From: a virus
Taxonomy: Duplodnaviria; Caudoviricetes
Strand: one strand, 5' to 3'
Virus record (IMG/VR): IMGVR_UViG_3300045580_000103
Coordinates: 1-26,034 of that record
DNA: 26,034 nt
Shown here: piece by piece, positions 15,476 through 24,595 of the stretch
Layout: every line of letters starts with the position of its first letter
Position numbering within the stretch: position 1 is the first letter of the stretch
The notes under the pieces: generated by a model
What the model was told of the DNA's origin: nothing
Databases searched by the model: none
What the model saw: the letters and a program-made list of their open reading frames with translations, nothing else
Program-made: the position numbers and the translations under genes

Positions 15476-16228
15476 GTGAAATACGGTGTCGTGTACGTAG
15501 TGACAAATACCGAGACGGGCAAACAGTACGTTGGCTTGACTACGGTTGGACTTGCGCGGCGCTGGGCGAATCACGTGACTCACGCCAGGGCGCCAAAAAC
15601 GCGCCTCCATAAAGCGATAGCCAAGTACGGGGCGGCGGCTTTTTGCGTGGCGGAATACGCCAGCGCGGTCAAAAAAGAACTCTTAGCCCAACTGGAAAAA
15701 GACGTTATCGTACAGCTCGCACCAGCGTACAATCAGACAAGCGGCGGCGAGGTTACGTTCGGTAGAAAGTACGACGACGCCACGAAGGAGCGTATTCGCC
15801 TAAGTAATACCGGCAAGAAACGCACCGCGGAGCAGCGCGAACGAAACCGGCAGCAAAAGTTGGCGTGGTTTGCACAACACCCGGAACGGCGGGGCGCCGT
15901 GGCAACTCAATTGGCCGAGGCTAGATCGCGGGTAGACGTGGAAAAGCGCAAAAAAGCCGCTGGCGACGCCGCCCGAAATAGGGTGTGGTCGGAGGAGTCC
16001 AGGGCCAAGCTACGCGCGGCGTGTATGGGGCGGCGGTATAGTGAGGAGGTCATTTCAAAGATGGCTGAGTCGAAAAAACGAAAAATTCGGTGCGATACCA
16101 CGGGGGTGGTGTACTCTTGCAGAACCGAGGCTGCTGAACTGACGGGCGTATCTGAGCGCTCCATTCAGCGAGTTTGCGGCGGTAGGTACCCTTCCGTTAA
16201 AGGGTTAGAATTTTCTTACGTAAGGTGA
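15476..16228 (+). CDS. Second GIY-YIG homing endonuclease (NUMOD3-like repeats, NUMOD1-like C-terminal HTH)
   Basis: AGGAGG RBS and GTG start. VVYVVTNTETGKQYVG, LHKAIAKYG, YNQTSGG, SEESRAKL and C-terminal YSCRTEAAELTGVS...I.RVC. Confidence 0.9.
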   Translation: MKYGVVYVVTNTETGKQYVGLTTVGLARRWANHVTHARAPKTRLHKAIAKYGAAAFCVAEYASAVKKELLAQLEKDVIVQLAPAYNQTSGGEVTFGRKYDDATKERIRLSNTGKKRTAEQRERNRQQKLAWFAQHPERRGAVATQLAEARSRVDVEKRKKAAGDAARNRVWSEESRAKLRAACMGRRYSEEVISKMAESKKRKIRCDTTGVVYSCRTEAAELTGVSERSIQRVCGGRYPSVKGLEFSYVR

Positions 16229-16232
16229 GCTC

Positions 16233-16649
16233 ATGATCACACAATCGCTTTGTTCCTCGTTCAAACAGCAGATCCTGCTGGGCGAGCACGACCTCGACAC
16301 CGACGTGATCAAGATCGCCTTGTACACCTCGGCCGCCACCCTGGGGGACAGCACCACCGCGTACACCGCGACCAACGAAGTGGTCGGCACCGGGTACACC
16401 GCGGGCGGCAACACGCTGGCCGGCGCGACCGTGAGCCTGACCGGCACCACGGCGTTCGTGGACTTCTCGGACACCACCTGGAGCAACGCCACGATCACCG
16501 CGCGCGGCGCGCTGATCTACAACTCCAGCAAGTCCAACAAGGCCATTGCGGTGCTCGACTTCGGCGCGGACAAGACCTCCACTGCCGGCGACTTCACCGT
16601 GGTGTTCCCGGCCAACGACGCGACGAACGCTATCGTCCGCATCGCGTAA
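16233..16649 (+). CDS. Conserved structural (tail-associated) protein
   Basis: CSSFKQQIL, KIALYTSAA, GYTAGG, ARGALIYN and VLDFGADK. Strong GC3 bias. Confidence 0.75.
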   Translation: MITQSLCSSFKQQILLGEHDLDTDVIKIALYTSAATLGDSTTAYTATNEVVGTGYTAGGNTLAGATVSLTGTTAFVDFSDTTWSNATITARGALIYNSSKSNKAIAVLDFGADKTSTAGDFTVVFPANDATNAIVRIA

Positions 16650-16660
16650 GGTAGCCGCGT

Positions 16661-17635
16661 GTGGCTTCGTCTGTTGAATACGGAGGATGGGGCTCAGTCC
16701 CGTGGGGTGAGGGCTCCTGGGGGCTCAACCTCACCAAGGTATTCGTAGACGGGGCCCAGGCTGCCGGTGCCGTCGGCACGCTGACGGTCCGAGCAGGCGC
16801 GAAGGCTTACCCGACGGGGGTCCAGGCCGCTGGTACAGTCGGGACCGTGACGGTCCGGGCCAAGGCTACGGCTCCACTCACAGGCGTCCAAGCCACGGGC
16901 GCGGTCGGGACCGTGACGGTCCGGGCCAAGGCTACGGTTCCGCTCACGGGGGTCCAGGCCGCTGGTGCAGTCGGCACGCTGACTGTCCGCGCAGGCGCGA
17001 AGGCCTACCCGACGGGGGTCCAGGCCGCTGGTGCAGTCGGCACGCTGACGGTCCGCGCAGGCGCGAAGGCCTACCCGACGGGGGTCCAGGCCGCTGGCGC
17101 AGTCGGGACTGTAGCGGTCACTGGCACGGCAACGGTTCCGCTCACAGGCGTCCAAGCCACGGGCGCGGTCGGGTTTGCGGCGGTAACCGCCGCGGCGGTT
17201 GTTCCCGTCACTGGCGTCGAAGCGCAGACCCAACTGGGCTCCGTTGTGGCCACTGCCGGGGCCCAGGTGTACCCGCTGGGCGTGGCCGCCCAAGGGCAGA
17301 CCGGGGCGCTTGACGCCACCGGCACCGCGGTCGTTCCGCTCACCGGGGTCGTTGCCCAGGCGCAGCTTGGCGATGTCGAGGTGTTCCTCTCGATCCAGAT
17401 CCTGGTCGAGGGGGTTCAGGCGCAGACCCAGCTCGGCAGCGTAGCGGTGACGGCCGGGGCCCAGGTGTACCCTGCGGGGGTGCAAGCGACGGGCTACGCG
17501 GGCTTCGCGCTCGTCTGGGGCCAGATAGATGACAACCAGACGCCGGACTGGCAGAATGTAGGGGGTTCGCCGGCCACTATGTGGACCCCGGTTGCAGATT
17601 CACAAAATCCCGATTGGCAGCGCATCGCTGCGTAG
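16661..17635 (+). CDS. Repetitive fibre-like structural protein
   Basis: GTG start after TAAGG. N-terminal GW repeats, about 11 copies of a 22-aa TGVQAxGxVGTxTV unit, and C-terminal Trp repeats. Confidence 0.75.
   Translation: MASSVEYGGWGSVPWGEGSWGLNLTKVFVDGAQAAGAVGTLTVRAGAKAYPTGVQAAGTVGTVTVRAKATAPLTGVQATGAVGTVTVRAKATVPLTGVQAAGAVGTLTVRAGAKAYPTGVQAAGAVGTLTVRAGAKAYPTGVQAAGAVGTVAVTGTATVPLTGVQATGAVGFAAVTAAAVVPVTGVEAQTQLGSVVATAGAQVYPLGVAAQGQTGALDATGTAVVPLTGVVAQAQLGDVEVFLSIQILVEGVQAQTQLGSVAVTAGAQVYPAGVQATGYAGFALVWGQIDDNQTPDWQNVGGSPATMWTPVADSQNPDWQRIAA
16750..17500 (+). repeat. 66-bp degenerate tandem repeat array
   Basis: For example GACGGGGGTCCAGGCCGCTGG recurs at 16813, 17011 and 17077 (spacings 198 and 66). 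Boundaries are approximate. Confidence 0.9.
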
Positions 17636-17644
17636 AGGTAACAC

Positions 17645-19822
17645 ATGGCGAGCAGCTACACCCCCCTCCTCCGTTTGACCCTGCCGACTACCGGCGAGCT
17701 TCAGGGCACTTGGGGCGACACCGTCAACAACGGCATCACTTCGCTGACCGAGGCCGCGATCGCGGGGACCGCGGCGATCGTGATGTCTGACGCCAACCAC
17801 ACGCTGACGGTGGCCAACGGCGCGACCGACGAGGCGCGGCGCATGTTCGTGACCCTGACCGGTGCGTTGACCGCCACGCGCAACGTCATCTGCCCGGCTG
17901 TGAGCAAGATGTACGTGGTGCGCAACAACACCACGGGCGGCCAGTCGATCGTGTTCAAGACCTCCGCGGGCACCGGGATCACGGTGGCCAACGGCCAATC
18001 CGCGCTGCTGTACTGCGACGGCACCAACGTGGTCGAGGCGTTCAGTGCGTTCGGGGGCAACGCGGCCACCGCCACTGCACTGCAGACCACCCGCACGCTG
18101 TGGGGCCAGAACTTCAACGGAACGGCCAACGTGACCGGCAACCTGAGCTCGGTCGGCAACATCACGGGCACCGCCAGCGTCACGATCACCGCGACCAACG
18201 GCAGCCTAGGGCTCGCCGCCACAGGCACGGGCAACCCAATCCAACTCTTGACCAACAGCATCGAGCGCATGCGCATCGACAGCGCGGGCAACGTGGGCAT
18301 CGGGACGACCTTGGCTGCTTCGCCGGGGTTGGCCCTCGCAGACAGCCTGAACATTAATTTTGCGGAAGTTGCCGGCGCAAGCTACGCCAACATCTTCCGA
18401 CAAGCAAACTCTGCGGATTTGGTTCTTGGTAGTGGGGTTCGGTACTCGTCCACCGCCAATAGTTTCGCCAGCTCTATCGGCGCGGCCTGGGCGCGCACCG
18501 CCATCAGCGTCGGCTACGGGGCTATAAAGTTCCTCACCGCTCCAGAAGCCGCCATCTCCCCAGGCGCCTCCGCAACACTGAACGAACACATGCGCATCGA
18601 CAGCGCGGGTAAAGTGGGGATTGGGACGAGTTCGCCTGCTACAAAGTTGGATGTAAATGGTGACGGCACATTCCGCAATGGCAACGGTGTGATTGTTGGC
18701 ACGGTATCAAATGCGGCAGGCTGGTTTGATTTTGGCGGTAGCAGTAACGTAAGCGGCGCACAAATGTCGCACGTTAATACGCTGCGATTCTTGACAGCCT
18801 CTACAGAGCGTATGCGCCTCGACTCCTCCGGCAACCTCGGCTTGGGGGTGACGCCGAGTGGTTGGGCGAGCGCATCAAAAGCGTTCCAGATAAAAGGCAC
18901 AGGGTCTTCTATTGATGGGGCTATTTCTGCCGGAAACGGCACAAACGCGCTAGTGGTTAGCAACAATGCTTACTACAACGCGGGATGGAAATACGTTTTT
19001 TCAGGTTCACATCCAGCAGGTCGGTATGACATAGACACCGGCACTCATGCTTGGTACACCGCCCCCTCCGGCACCGCAGGCAATCCCATCTCCTTCACCC
19101 AAGCGATGACGCTGGACGCGAGCGGGAATTTGGGTATTGGGACGAGTTCGCCGACATCCCCCATTCATGTACAGCGTTCCAATGATGGGGTGATAGGAAC
19201 TTTCCGAGGGACATCAAGCGCGCAATTATTGTTGAGTGTTTCTGGCGGTAACCTAATTTACGATGCGTCCAACGGAAATGCAACACACGTTTGGCGAGCC
19301 AACAACACAGAGCGTGCGCGTATCGACGCCAATGGGCGTTTCTTGATTGGCACGACGAACAGTATTGACGGACGTCTGTCCGTCGTGGCAGACACTGGAA
19401 ACTCTGGGTGCATTGCAACAGGTAATAATGGGCTTCCGGTGTACTATCCAGCTTACTTTTACCACGGCGCAAGCTTGGTTGGAAACATCTCCTGCAACAG
19501 CACGAATACCGCGTACACCACCTCCTCCGACTACCGCCTGAAGGAAAACATCCAAGACGTTACCGGCTCTGGCGCGTTCATCGACGCCTTGCAGCCGCGC
19601 ACTTGGAACTGGAAGGTGAACGGCTCTGTTGGCACGGGCTTCATTGCTCACGAGTTGCAGACTGTGTCGCCGTCGTCGGTGACGGGCACCAAAGACGCAG
19701 TGGACGCCGAAGGCAGGCCGGTGTATCAGGCGGTTGAGTACGGCTCTGCTGAGGTGATTGCCATGCTGGTGGCAGAAGTGAAATCGCTACGGCAACGCAT
19801 CACCGCACTGGAGGCCAAATGA
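17645..19822 (+). CDS. Tail fibre with C-terminal intramolecular chaperone (peptidase S74-like)
   Basis: GAGGT RBS. N-terminal GELQGTWGDTVN anchor, five ERMRIDSxGNxGIG-type repeats, SDYRLKENI autocleavage motif, GFIAHEL and a terminal coiled coil. Confidence 0.9.
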   Translation: MASSYTPLLRLTLPTTGELQGTWGDTVNNGITSLTEAAIAGTAAIVMSDANHTLTVANGATDEARRMFVTLTGALTATRNVICPAVSKMYVVRNNTTGGQSIVFKTSAGTGITVANGQSALLYCDGTNVVEAFSAFGGNAATATALQTTRTLWGQNFNGTANVTGNLSSVGNITGTASVTITATNGSLGLAATGTGNPIQLLTNSIERMRIDSAGNVGIGTTLAASPGLALADSLNINFAEVAGASYANIFRQANSADLVLGSGVRYSSTANSFASSIGAAWARTAISVGYGAIKFLTAPEAAISPGASATLNEHMRIDSAGKVGIGTSSPATKLDVNGDGTFRNGNGVIVGTVSNAAGWFDFGGSSNVSGAQMSHVNTLRFLTASTERMRLDSSGNLGLGVTPSGWASASKAFQIKGTGSSIDGAISAGNGTNALVVSNNAYYNAGWKYVFSGSHPAGRYDIDTGTHAWYTAPSGTAGNPISFTQAMTLDASGNLGIGTSSPTSPIHVQRSNDGVIGTFRGTSSAQLLLSVSGGNLIYDASNGNATHVWRANNTERARIDANGRFLIGTTNSIDGRLSVVADTGNSGCIATGNNGLPVYYPAYFYHGASLVGNISCNSTNTAYTTSSDYRLKENIQDVTGSGAFIDALQPRTWNWKVNGSVGTGFIAHELQTVSPSSVTGTKDAVDAEGRPVYQAVEYGSAEVIAMLVAEVKSLRQRITALEAK

Positions 19823-20181
19823 ACACCGCACACTTTTTCGCCATCGCCCAGGCCTTTCTCTGGTCGGCTGCAGCCATGTACGCGCTGTGGATCTTCTACG
19901 CGGCCGTGATGTGCCTCAAGACCGCCAAGAACAAGGGCCTGCTCAACACCCAGCTCAAGGTGCTGGGCACCCCGGTGCTCATGGTCGGCTACCTGCTGGA
20001 CGCGGTCCTGAACATCGCCGTCATGACGGTGGTGTGCCTGGAGATGCCGCAGGAGCTCACCATCAGCGCGCGCCTCAAGCGCTACAACCGCGACGAGGCC
20101 GAGTGGTGGTGGCGCCGCAAGGTGGCTGCCGTCTTCGAACCCATACTCGACCCGCTGGACCCTTCCGGGGACCACATCTAA
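19819..20181 (+). CDS. Hypothetical membrane protein
   Basis: ATGA overlap, two hydrophobic segments, and ELTISARLKRY and LDPLDPSGDH motifs. Confidence 0.7.
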   Translation: MNTAHFFAIAQAFLWSAAAMYALWIFYAAVMCLKTAKNKGLLNTQLKVLGTPVLMVGYLLDAVLNIAVMTVVCLEMPQELTISARLKRYNRDEAEWWWRRKVAAVFEPILDPLDPSGDHI

Positions 20182-20211
20182 CGCGCATAATGTGGGCCTA
20201 AGGAGCCTTTT

Positions 20212-20388
20212 ATGAACGACCAAAACACCCTGATCGAGTTGAAACTCCCCCTGCACGCTGTGAACGTCCTCATGGCCGGACTCGGCAAGCTCCCCCTGGA
20301 GCAAGCGATCGACGTCCTGATGGCCGTGCGCAGCCAAGCGGAGCCGCAGCTGAAAGCCGCGGCCGACGCCGAGCCCGCCGAGCAGTAA
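20212..20388 (+). CDS. Small protein (58 aa) missing from the ORF track, possibly a fibre assembly chaperone
   Basis: TAAGGAG RBS and ATG 20212. Translates as MNDQNTLIELKLPLHAVNVLMAGLGKLPLEQAIDVLMAVRSQAEPQLKAAADAEPAEQ, with TAA at 20386-20388. Confidence 0.8.
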   Translation: MNDQNTLIELKLPLHAVNVLMAGLGKLPLEQAIDVLMAVRSQAEPQLKAAADAEPAEQ

Positions 20389-20411
20389 TCAACGCGCCTC
20401 GTGGAGGGCCT

Positions 20412-20783
20412 ATGGACTGGTCAAAGTACCCCAACTTCACCCCGGACGAGTTTCGCTGCAAGCACACCGGCCGCGAGGGTATGCAGCCTGAGTTCATGGC
20501 CCGACTGCAGGCCCTGCGAACGGAGTATGGCAAGCCCATCAAGGTGACCAGCGGCTACCGCCACCCCACCCATCCAGTGGAGGCGCGCAAGCAGCGCTCC
20601 GACGGTGAGCACACCCGGGGCCTGTGCTGTGACATCGCCTGCGCAGATGGCCGCGCGCGGTTCGAGCTCGTGTCCCTGGCGCTCAAGCACGGGTTCACCC
20701 GGATCGGGATCGCGAAGACCTTCGTCCACATCGGGCTCGGCGGCCCCGGCCTGCCCGCCAATGTGATCTGGGAGTACCAATGA
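20412..20783 (+). CDS. Endolysin, peptidase M15 family
   Basis: GGAGG RBS. NFTPDEFRCK, VTSGYR, H-x6-D (HTRGLCCD) and FVH zinc ligands. Confidence 0.88.
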   Translation: MDWSKYPNFTPDEFRCKHTGREGMQPEFMARLQALRTEYGKPIKVTSGYRHPTHPVEARKQRSDGEHTRGLCCDIACADGRARFELVSLALKHGFTRIGIAKTFVHIGLGGPGLPANVIWEYQ

Positions 20784-21169
20784 TCCAAGCACTGATTCCG
20801 GCGCTCGCGCCGATCCTCGGCAAGATCATCGCCAGCAAGTTCCCGGACCCGGCGGAGGCCGCCAAGGTCGAGGCTGAGCTCCAGGCCGAGCTGTGGCGCA
20901 ACGCGCACCAGCTCAACGCCGCCGCCGCGGACATCATCAAGACGGAGGCCAACAGCCAGCACGGGCTGGCGGCCATCTGGCGCCCGGTGGTCATGCTCAC
21001 GTTCGCGGGCCTGATCGTGGCGCGCTGGTTCGGCTGGGCGGCTCCCAACCTGAGCGAGGCCGAGTACCTCAAGCTGTGGTCCATCGTCGAGTTCGGCCTG
21101 GGCGGCTACGTGGTGGGGCGCAGCGTCGAGAAGGTCGCCCCGAGCATCGCCGGAGCCTTCAAGCGATGA
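20780..21169 (+). CDS. Holin (3TM-holin type)
   Basis: ATGA overlap with the endolysin. EANSQH...WRP motif, hydrophobic helices and LGGYVVGRSVEK. Confidence 0.8.
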   Translation: MIQALIPALAPILGKIIASKFPDPAEAAKVEAELQAELWRNAHQLNAAAADIIKTEANSQHGLAAIWRPVVMLTFAGLIVARWFGWAAPNLSEAEYLKLWSIVEFGLGGYVVGRSVEKVAPSIAGAFKR

Positions 21170-23031
21170 CCCTCAAAAAGCTGCAGCTGCGCCCGGGCGT
21201 AAACCAAGAGAACACCCGGTACACCAACGAGAACGGTTGGTGGGTCGCGGACAAGGTGCGCTTTCGCCAGGGCACCCCTGAGAAGATCGGGGGCTACGTC
21301 CGCTGGTCCGCGTCCACGTTCGCCGGCATCTGCCGCTCGCTCAACGCCTGGGTCACCCTGGGCGGTGCCAAGCTGCTTGGCATCGGCACGAACGAGAAGT
21401 TCTACATCGGCAACGGCGGCGCGTACTACGACATCACGCCGATCCGCAACACCGCGGCGCTCACGGACCCCTTCACTGCGACTCTCAACTCCTACACCCT
21501 GCTTGTCACGGACGTCGCGCACGGCGCGAGCGTGGGGGATTACGTGATTTTCAGCGGGGCCTCGGGGCTTGGGGGCAATCTCAGCGCGGCCGTGCTCAAC
21601 CAGGAGTACCGCGTTGTCGAGGTCCTGACCGACGACACCTACACAATCGAGACCTCGGTGCAGGCTACCGCGGCCGACGTCGCGGGGTCGCCCGGGGGCG
21701 GCTCGGTGTCCGCCGCCTACCTGCTCGGTGTTGGCCCGGCGATCCAGGTGCCCACGGAGGGCTGGGGGGTCGGTGCCTGGGGGACCGGTGCCTGGGGTAT
21801 CGGCACCTCCGACTGGGTGCAGATGCGGCTGTGGTCGCAGTCCAACTTTGGCGAAGACCTGCTGTACGCCCCGCGTGGGGGCGAGATCTACTGGTGGGAC
21901 GCGGACACTGGCCTGCTGTCGCGTGGCGTGGCGGTGACGGGGCTCCCAGGGGCGTCGGACGCGCCCACCGCGGTCAACTCGATCCTCGTCTCCGACGTCA
22001 GCCGGTTTGTGCTGGCGTTCGGCTGCAACGAGCTCGGCAGCTTGGAGATCGACCCGATGCTGGTGCGGTGGTCCGACCAAGAGGACTTCCTGAACTGGAC
22101 CCCGGCCGCGACGAACCAAGCGGGCGGCCTGCGGCTGTCCATCGGGTCGGAGATCGTTGCGCGCACTCAACTGCGGCAGGAGATCCTGGTGTGGACGGAC
22201 GCGGCGCTGTACTCTCTGCAGTACCAAGGCGCTCCCGCTGTGTGGGGCGCGCAGATCATGGCGGACAACATCTCCGTGATTGGGCCCAACGCCACCGCGA
22301 CCGCCGAAGGCGTGGCCTACTGGATGGGCAACGGGAAGTTCTACAAGTACGACGGCCGCGTGCAGACCATGCGCTGCGACCTGCGCCAATACGTCTTCCA
22401 GGACTTCAACTACGAGCAGGCGCTCCAGGTTTTCGCCGGCACGAACGAAGCGTTCAACGAGGTGTGGTGGTTCTACCCCAGCGGCAGCAGCGACAGACCC
22501 GACAAATACGTCGTTTACAACTACGCGGAAGACGTCTGGTATCAAGGCGATATGGCGCGGTATGCGTGGCTTGACTCCGGCATTCTTGACGCGCCGTACG
22601 CGGCCAATTCCGACAAGCTGGTGGTTCACGAGCAGGGCGTCGACGACGCGACCGGCGACATGCTGGCACCGCTCCCGGCCTACATCGAGTCCGCCGAGTT
22701 TGACATCGAGGACGGGGACCGGTTCGGGTTCATCTGGAGGCTCCTGCCGGACCTCACGTTCCGCGGGTCGTCGGCCGCGAACCCGAGCGCCACGTTCACG
22801 CTCTATCCGATGAAGGACTCTGGCTCCGGGTTCGGGGATTCTGTCGGCGGCAGCCGCGCGGCGGGCGTCACCCGCTCCGTCGCCGTGCCGGTGGAGCAGT
22901 TCACAGGGCAGGTCTACATTCGTGTGCGTGGGCGCCAGCTGGTCATGCGGGTGGAGTCCACGGATCTCGGCGTGACGTGGCAGCTCGGCAGCCCCAGGAT
23001 CGACATTCGGGCCGACGGCCGGCGGGGGTGA
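21166..23031 (+). CDS. Putative tail tube/nozzle (stabilisation) protein with a ubiquitin-activating-enzyme FCCH-like beta insertion
   Basis: GGAG RBS and ATGA overlap at 21166 (MTLKKLQLRPGV; the track start at 20893 overlaps the holin). KVRFRQGTPEKIGG, VRWSDQED, FNEVWWFYP and C-terminal RVRGRQ...DGRR. Beta-propeller-like. The insertion call is tentative. Confidence 0.72.
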   Translation: MTLKKLQLRPGVNQENTRYTNENGWWVADKVRFRQGTPEKIGGYVRWSASTFAGICRSLNAWVTLGGAKLLGIGTNEKFYIGNGGAYYDITPIRNTAALTDPFTATLNSYTLLVTDVAHGASVGDYVIFSGASGLGGNLSAAVLNQEYRVVEVLTDDTYTIETSVQATAADVAGSPGGGSVSAAYLLGVGPAIQVPTEGWGVGAWGTGAWGIGTSDWVQMRLWSQSNFGEDLLYAPRGGEIYWWDADTGLLSRGVAVTGLPGASDAPTAVNSILVSDVSRFVLAFGCNELGSLEIDPMLVRWSDQEDFLNWTPAATNQAGGLRLSIGSEIVARTQLRQEILVWTDAALYSLQYQGAPAVWGAQIMADNISVIGPNATATAEGVAYWMGNGKFYKYDGRVQTMRCDLRQYVFQDFNYEQALQVFAGTNEAFNEVWWFYPSGSSDRPDKYVVYNYAEDVWYQGDMARYAWLDSGILDAPYAANSDKLVVHEQGVDDATGDMLAPLPAYIESAEFDIEDGDRFGFIWRLLPDLTFRGSSAANPSATFTLYPMKDSGSGFGDSVGGSRAAGVTRSVAVPVEQFTGQVYIRVRGRQLVMRVESTDLGVTWQLGSPRIDIRADGRRG

Positions 23032-23034
23032 TCT

Positions 23035-24144
23035 ATGGCCATGGAGGAATTCCGCGCCCCTGCGCTACCCTACCCGCCGAGCGATTACCAAGCGCGGTAC
23101 TTCGCGGAGCTCACCCGCGCGCTGCGCATCTACTTCAACCAGCTCGACTCGGAGACGCCGAATAAGGCGTATTCTTACCGCGCAGACAAACTTCTCTTGA
23201 ATTTGACGAACAATATCGTCGAGGAAGAGGGCGCCATGAGCTGGAACCCGGTGGATCAGACGGTCAACCTCGGCATGGCCTACGGGGTCACCCAGCAGGT
23301 CGGCCAGGAGACCTACGCCCGTGTCGCCAACCAGACCGGGGTGCTCATTCCGAACGGGGCGGTCGTTGGGTTCGCCGGGGCTACCCCGACCGCGATCCTC
23401 GTGTCTCCGTACTTGGCGGATGGCTCGCAACCCACACTGTACGCGCTCGGGGTCATGACCCACGACCTCCCCGACAGTGGCCAGAAGGGGTACTGCACGA
23501 CCTGGGGTTTTGTGCGCGACCTGGACACGAGCGCGTTTGCAGCGGGCGACGTGCTGTACGCCAGCCCCACGGTGGCCGGCGCCTTCACCAACGTCAAGCC
23601 CACAGCGCCGGACAACGTGATACCGCTGGCGGTGTGTGTCGTCGCGGACGCTACGGCCGGGGTTGTGTTTGTGCGCCCGACGATCCAGCAGATGCAGTAC
23701 TACGGGGCGTTTGCGTCGACCACCGACCACGTTGCGGTAGCGATCAACACCCCCACTGCCGTGACGTTCAACGCAACGGACATCAGCAACGGCGTGGTCA
23801 TCGGCACCCCGGCGTCGCGGCTGGTTGTGCCGCAGTCGGGGCTGTTCACCGTGAACGCCAACTTCCAGCTCTCCAGCAACAGCGCGTCGGCCAAGACCAT
23901 GCGGTACTGGTTCCGCAAGAACGGGGTGGACCTGCCGAACTCGGCGCTCCTTGTGACCTCAGACATCAACAACGGGTATAGCTTTGCGGGGCACTCGTAC
24001 ACCGTGTCGATGCAAGCCGGCGATTATGTGGAGGTCCTGTTCGCAGTGGACGACGTGGCCCTATTCTTGCGCGCGGCGCCGGCCACAGGGTACGCCCCTG
24101 CGTCCCCATCCGTGCAGTGTTACATGACCCAGGCGCAGCAGTAG
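23035..24144 (+). CDS. Putative tail/fibre structural protein with a C-terminal C1q/TNF-like beta domain
   Basis: N-terminal APALPYPP...LRIYFNQLD. C-terminal VTFN...SGLFTVNANFQ...WFRKNG...AGDYVEV. Confidence 0.65.
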   Translation: MAMEEFRAPALPYPPSDYQARYFAELTRALRIYFNQLDSETPNKAYSYRADKLLLNLTNNIVEEEGAMSWNPVDQTVNLGMAYGVTQQVGQETYARVANQTGVLIPNGAVVGFAGATPTAILVSPYLADGSQPTLYALGVMTHDLPDSGQKGYCTTWGFVRDLDTSAFAAGDVLYASPTVAGAFTNVKPTAPDNVIPLAVCVVADATAGVVFVRPTIQQMQYYGAFASTTDHVAVAINTPTAVTFNATDISNGVVIGTPASRLVVPQSGLFTVNANFQLSSNSASAKTMRYWFRKNGVDLPNSALLVTSDINNGYSFAGHSYTVSMQAGDYVEVLFAVDDVALFLRAAPATGYAPASPSVQCYMTQAQQ

Positions 24145-24160
24145 CGGGGTACACTCGGGC

Positions 24161-24595
24161 ATGGCAACTATCCGACCCATCACCGCCGCCGATACGGCCG
24201 CCATGGTCGCAGTCGTATCGCGGATGGTCGCCGGCACCAAGTTCGCGGCGCCCACGGACGACAAAGTGCTGCGCATGATCCAGCGCCCCAACGGCTTCGC
24301 GACGTGTGCAGTAGTCGATGGGCAGATCGTCGGGTTCATGGCCGGCTACGTCGGTGAGACTTTCCTGAACCACGAGGTGAACGCGTACGAGCAGGGGCTG
24401 TACGTCATGCCGGAGCACCGCGGGTCCACCATTGCGGTGCGGCTGGTGCGGGAGTTCGAGGCCTGGGCCCGGGCGCGCGGCGCCAAGAACATCTGGTTGG
24501 GCCAGTCCGTTGGGCAGGACCAGATGCAGACCCTTCACTTTTTCGAGCGCCTGGGCTACGCGTGCCAGGGGTTCATCACCTGCAAGACGCTATGA
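24161..24595 (+). CDS. GNAT-family acetyltransferase
   Basis: IRPITAAD, GQIVGF, acetyl-CoA motif LYVMPEHRGS and FFERLGY. Confidence 0.88.
   Translation: MATIRPITAADTAAMVAVVSRMVAGTKFAAPTDDKVLRMIQRPNGFATCAVVDGQIVGFMAGYVGETFLNHEVNAYEQGLYVMPEHRGSTIAVRLVREFEAWARARGAKNIWLGQSVGQDQMQTLHFFERLGYACQGFITCKTL

Noticed and set aside
14152-16228. Group I introns housing the GIY-YIG genes
   Set aside because: The ORFs abut neighbouring genes within a few nucleotides, leaving no room for intron core structure, and the flanking genes look complete.
17645-19822. Diversity-generating retroelement or invertible shufflon acting on the tail fibre
   Set aside because: No reverse transcriptase, adenine-variant template/variable repeat pair, invertase or inverted cassettes are seen in the window.
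20893-21165. N-terminal extension of the tail protein in the ORF track (likewise starts at 579, 6182, 9304, 11283, 12605 and 13515)
   Set aside because: The extensions overlap upstream genes or promoters. Downstream starts have an RBS or stop-start coupling.
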